DNA of 64,000 nucleotides. It comes from an uncultured Alphaproteobacteria bacterium. Lineage in GTDB: Bacteria; Pseudomonadota; Alphaproteobacteria; DATDPM01. The notes under the pieces are model-generated. The model made no database searches. It was not told the origin of the DNA and worked only from the letters and a program-made list of their open reading frames with translations. Shown in pieces: positions 59,071 to 64,000 of the stretch. The stretch spans positions 3,087 through 67,086 of the forward strand of contig CAWJEX010000004.1 in NCBI GenBank assembly GCA_963841995.1, in the 5' to 3' direction. A program made the position numbers and the translations under genes. Numbering within the stretch: the first letter of the stretch is position 1; each line of letters begins with the position of its first letter.

Positions 59071-60144
59071 TTGGGGGGCGGTATCCATGGGAGCGGGCAG
59101 GGCGTGAACGAAGGGCGGTTCCCGGTGAAAACTTTGAAGACCACCAAGCTCGGGCTTGGTCTTGCGGCGCTGGGCGGGCTCCTGCTGCTCGCCGGGCTCA
59201 TCGCCTATAACGGTTTTGTCGACGTCGCCCGCGCCTTTCTCGCTGTCGGCTGGGTCGGCATCCTGGCGGTCAGCCTCTATCACGTCGTCCCGGTTATTTT
59301 CACCGCACTCGGCTGGCGATCGCTTTCCACCCGATATTTCGGCGGTTCGCCGCTGCTGTTCATTTGGATGCGGCTGGTGCGCGAGGCAGTGAGCAATCTT
59401 CTCCCGGTGGCGCAGATCGGCGGCGAAGTCGTAGGCGCGCGGATGCTGACCCTCCGCGGCCTTCGCAACGGCATGGCCGGCGCCAGCGTCGTGGTGGATC
59501 TGACGATCGAAGCGATGACCTTGTTCTTCTTCACCTTGCTCGGCCTCGGGCTCTTGGCGCTGGGCCGGCACGATTTCGATGCGGTTTCCGGCGTCGTCGT
59601 CGGGCTTGGATTCGCCGCCCCGATCATTGCTGCGTTCTTTGCCGCTCAGCATTGGGGCCTGTTCAAGCTTCTCGAGGATTGGCTGGAGCGGCGGGCGGAG
59701 AAATGGGGTTGGGTGCGCGAGATGTGCATTGCCGGCCTCCACAATTCGATCAAAGCGATTTATCGCGACCGCCGCGCGCTGATCAACGGTAGCTGTTTCC
59801 ATTTTCTGTCCTGGGTGTTCGGGTCCGGCGAGATCTGGATCGCGCTGCATTTCATGGGCCATGGAATCAGTCTCGGCCAAGCGCTGATCATCGAAAGCTT
59901 GTCCCAGGCGGTGCGCGGCGTCGGCTTCGCCATTCCCGGCGCCTTGGGCGTTCAGGAAGGCGGCTTCCTGCTGGTCGGCGGTCTTATGGGCCTCGGCCCG
60001 GATGTGTCCCTAGCGCTGTCCCTGGTCCGGCGCATGCGCGATCTTGTGCTCGGCGTGCCGTCGCTCGCTGTCTGGCATTTTATCGAAGGGCGCAGGCTCT
60101 GGCTGCGGGTTCAACACCAAGCGCGGCAGGCCGACCGGAATTAA
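59071..60144 (+). CDS. hpnL: lysylphosphatidylglycerol-synthase-TM-like (DUF2156) integral membrane protein, HpnL-like
   Basis: Eight or more TM helices with the conserved block GFAIPGALGVQEGGFLL. Position after hpnI/hpnJ. The start may be the GTG at 59104. Confidence 0.6.
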   Translation: MGGGIHGSGQGVNEGRFPVKTLKTTKLGLGLAALGGLLLLAGLIAYNGFVDVARAFLAVGWVGILAVSLYHVVPVIFTALGWRSLSTRYFGGSPLLFIWMRLVREAVSNLLPVAQIGGEVVGARMLTLRGLRNGMAGASVVVDLTIEAMTLFFFTLLGLGLLALGRHDFDAVSGVVVGLGFAAPIIAAFFAAQHWGLFKLLEDWLERRAEKWGWVREMCIAGLHNSIKAIYRDRRALINGSCFHFLSWVFGSGEIWIALHFMGHGISLGQALIIESLSQAVRGVGFAIPGALGVQEGGFLLVGGLMGLGPDVSLALSLVRRMRDLVLGVPSLAVWHFIEGRRLWLRVQHQARQADRN

Positions 60145-60250
60145 GATTCGTCGCGCCGGACTCGGCTTGCGAAAATCGCATCGCTCCCTTAGGGTTGCGC
60201 GGGTTCTTCTCCCGCCCCATTTCATCCGATTAACCCGATTATCTCGCTAA

Positions 60251-61474
<1,224 letters not shown>

Positions 61475-61497
61475 CGCCAAGCGCCGGAGGCGACCCT

Positions 61498-62460
61498 ATG
61501 CGTATCGCGGTGATGGGCACGGGCGGAATTGGCGGCTATTTCGGCGCCAGGCTCGCCGCCGCCGGCGAGGACGTCACCTTCATCGCCCGCGGCGCTCAGC
61601 TTCAGGCCTTGTGCGAAAAAGGCATCGCCATCGAAAGCAGGCTTGGCTCCCTTCTTCTCCCCGACGTTGTCGCCACCGACGATCCGTCGCACGTTCCGCC
61701 GCCCGATATCGTTTTGTTCTGCGTCAAGCTGTGGGACGTGGAGACGGCCGCGCGGCAAATCAAATCGATGGTCGGACCGAAGACGGCGGTGATCGCGCTC
61801 CAGAACGGCGTCGATGCGGAAGCCGAACTTGCGGAAATTCTCGGCAAGGATCGGGTCATCGGCGGGGTCGCGCATATTTCGGCGCTGGTCCAAGAGCCCG
61901 GCATCATCCGCCATACCGGCAAATTGCAGCGGCTCACCTTTGGCGAGTTGGATAGGCGCCCCAGCGACCGCACCGAGAATTTTCTCGAAGCTTGCCAGCA
62001 TGCCAAGATCGACGCGCGCCTCACCGACCGGATCGACGAAGCGATCTGGGACAAATTCATTTTCCTGATCGCCTTCAGCGGGTTGACGTCAGTGATGCGG
62101 GTCGGGATCGGCCCCATCCGCGACGACCCGGAATGCTACGGCATGTTCCGCGCGGCGATGGCCGAGGCTTTCGCGGTGGCGAAGGCCAAGGGAATCGAAT
62201 TTAGCTACGACCCGCTCGCCCAATGGGACAAGGCGATCGCCGCCATGCCCTATGACTACCGGTCCTCGATGCTGGAGGATTTGGAGCGCGGGCGAAGATT
62301 GGAGCTTCCCTGGCTGTCGGGAACGGTGGCGCGGCTTGGCCAGCAGTTCGGCGTCGATACGCCGGTCAACCGCTTCATCGCGACCGCCCTCAAGCTACAT
62401 GCGAATCCGGCACCGAATCCGAGGGCGAATCCGGGGGCCCATCCGGCTAAGAATCCCTAG
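61498..62460 (+). CDS. panE: 2-dehydropantoate 2-reductase, with a C-terminal NPxA tandem-repeat tail
   Basis: MRIAVMGTGGIGGYFGARLA (ApbA N-domain) and a C-terminal ApbA_C domain. The tail ANPAPNPRANPGAHPAKNP is encoded by about 12-bp tandem repeats at 62401-62458. Confidence 0.85.
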   Translation: MRIAVMGTGGIGGYFGARLAAAGEDVTFIARGAQLQALCEKGIAIESRLGSLLLPDVVATDDPSHVPPPDIVLFCVKLWDVETAARQIKSMVGPKTAVIALQNGVDAEAELAEILGKDRVIGGVAHISALVQEPGIIRHTGKLQRLTFGELDRRPSDRTENFLEACQHAKIDARLTDRIDEAIWDKFIFLIAFSGLTSVMRVGIGPIRDDPECYGMFRAAMAEAFAVAKAKGIEFSYDPLAQWDKAIAAMPYDYRSSMLEDLERGRRLELPWLSGTVARLGQQFGVDTPVNRFIATALKLHANPAPNPRANPGAHPAKNP

Positions 62461-62595
62461 TCGCCCGGTCTTGCCGCTTATTTTTTCGTTGCAAGCCGGG
62501 CTGCGGCTTGAAACCATGAGGCGATGAGCCGGCGATGACCGGGAACAACCCAGTGTCGGTGGTTCGGCGGTTACACCTCAACAGGGAGGGGGCGG

Positions 62596-64000
62596 TGACC
62601 AGCAGCCTCGGAAAAGCGCCGCGATGCGTGGCCCTGGTCGGGCCATATCTCAGCGGCAAGACCACGCTTCTCGAAAGCATGTTGCACGTCACCGGGGCGA
62701 TTCCGCGCAAAGGGACCGTCAAAGACAGAACCTCGGTCGGCGATAGTTCGCCCGAAGCGCGCGCCCGGCAGATGAGCGTCGAGGTCTCGGTGGCGACCAC
62801 CGAATTCCTCGGCGACAAATGGTCGATTTTGGACTGCCCGGGCTCGATCGAATTCGCCCAGGAAATGCGCAACGCGTTGATGGCTGTGGACGCTGCCGTG
62901 GTGGTATGCGAACCCGCGATCGACAAGGCGCTGACCGTGGCACCGATCTTGCGCTTCCTCGACGCCCATAAGATCCCGCACATGCTGTTCATCAACAAGA
63001 TGGACAGTGCGACCCATCGCGCGGCGGAAATTCTCGAGGCGCTGCAGGAGGTCTCGGAGCGGCCGCTGGTACTGCGCCAGGTCCCCATCCGTGACGGCGA
63101 CACGATCACCGGTTACGTCGATCTGGTGAGCGAGCGCGCTTACAACTATAAGTCCGACCAACCTTCCGACCTGGTGGCAATTCCGCCCTCGGTGCAGGAG
63201 CGCGAGAAACAGGCACGCTCCCAATTGCTCGAATCGCTGGCCGATTTCGACGACACGCTGCTCGAAAAATTGCTCGAGGATCAAATTCCGCCGAAGGATG
63301 AAATTTACAGCAACCTGACCAAGACCCTGACCCGCGACATGATCGTGCCCGTGTTCCTCGGCACCGCGGAAAAGAATCACGGCGTGCACCGGCTGATGAA
63401 GGCGTTGCGCCATGAGGTTCCGCCGCCGGAAATCTCCCGCGACCGCCTCGGCTTGCCGAAGACCGACGGGCCGCTGGCGGCGGTGTTCAAGACCTTCCAC
63501 GTCCCTCATGCGGGGAAATTGTCGCTGGCGCGGATTTGGCGCGGCGAGATCACCGACGGCACGATGTTCGACGGCGAGCGGGTAAGCGGGGTCTATCGCA
63601 TGATGGGCCAGGCCCAGACCAAGCTGCCGAAGGCCGGTCTCGGCGAAGTGGTGGCGCTGGGACGGATGGAGCACGTCAAGACCGGGGATTTGCTCGGCTT
63701 GCCGGGGAAGGATTCGGCGTTGTCCGCCAAGCTGTTCCCCAAATTGACGCCGGTTTTCAGCGGTGCGATTTCGGTCGAGAATCGCAATGACGAAGTGAAA
63801 TTGAGCGCAGCCCTCGCCAAGCTCATCGAGGAAGATCCCTCGCTCGGAGTCGAGCAGAATGCGGATACCCATGAATATCTGCTGTGGGGCCAAGGCGAGA
63901 TGCATCTGCGCATCGCCATCGAGAGGCTGCGCAACAAATATCATCTCTCGGCCAATATGAAGCGGCCCCATGTGCCCTATCAGGAATCGATCCGCAAGAG
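62596..64000 (+). CDS. elongation factor G-like translational GTPase (EF-G paralog). GTG start, C-terminus beyond the window
   Basis: G1 GPYLSGKTTL, G3 DCPG and G4 NKMD motifs, with EF-G domain II/III-like sequence downstream. An AGGGAGGGG ribosome-binding site precedes the GTG. Confidence 0.75.

Overview
This 64 kb window is high-GC (about 64 to 65%) chromosomal DNA that looks alphaproteobacterial. Supporting signs are the uvrC-pgsA-moeA-moaD-moaE gene order, the petABC (fbcFBC) cytochrome bc1 operon, hopanoid hpnI/hpnJ genes, and phasin and DUF2852/DUF3775/DUF1272 proteins. It is mostly dense core metabolism and housekeeping.

Readable genes and clusters:
- amt ammonium transporter behind a sigma-54 promoter
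- cytochrome bc1 (petA, petB, petC)
- a methionine-salvage trio (mtnP, mtnA, mtnB)
- ychF-pth-rplY-prs
- yfiH, a MidA-family methyltransferase, lgt, hldD, ubiK, YbjN, proC, a phasin gene
- an EnvZ/OmpR-like two-component pair and a MarR regulator
- ilvE and the moaE/moaD/moeA/pgsA/uvrC block
- an SDR oxidoreductase, a PfkB kinase, uvrB
- hopanoid side-chain genes hpnI-hpnJ-hpnL
- aspartate aminotransferase, panE, and the start of an EF-G-like GTPase

An accessory-looking stretch at about 3.2 to 14 kb carries:
- two paralogous hemerythrin-like genes
- an OmpA-like and a Sel1-repeat gene behind a 54-aa small ORF
- a 360-bp AT-rich island with tandem repeats
- a phasin-like gene, then a TetR regulator and a DUF2852 gene
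- a complete IS630-family insertion with terminal inverted repeats and a TA target duplication, sitting on the DUF2852 stop codon
- an MBL-fold lactonase-like hydrolase, a fatty-acid desaturase, DUF3775, an EEP nuclease/phosphatase and a DoxX gene

A four-gene MoxR operon follows (MoxR ATPase, DUF58, a 949-aa double-TM/DUF4159 protein, a 699-aa membrane protein).

The most unusual non-coding structure is a 32-bp tandem repeat of four copies, each carrying a 12-bp perfect palindrome and a NotI site, between the marR stop and ompR.

One important caveat: at least 13 conserved genes, including uvrB, uvrC, proC, cca, nudL, DUF58, hpnJ, the GGDEF gene, the desaturase, DUF3775 and both hemerythrins, are each split by a single +1/-1 frameshift, several at homopolymer runs. 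That pattern points to homopolymer sequencing or assembly error rather than mass pseudogenisation. I called those genes over their full span and flagged the frameshift. I found no rRNA, tRNA or CRISPR.
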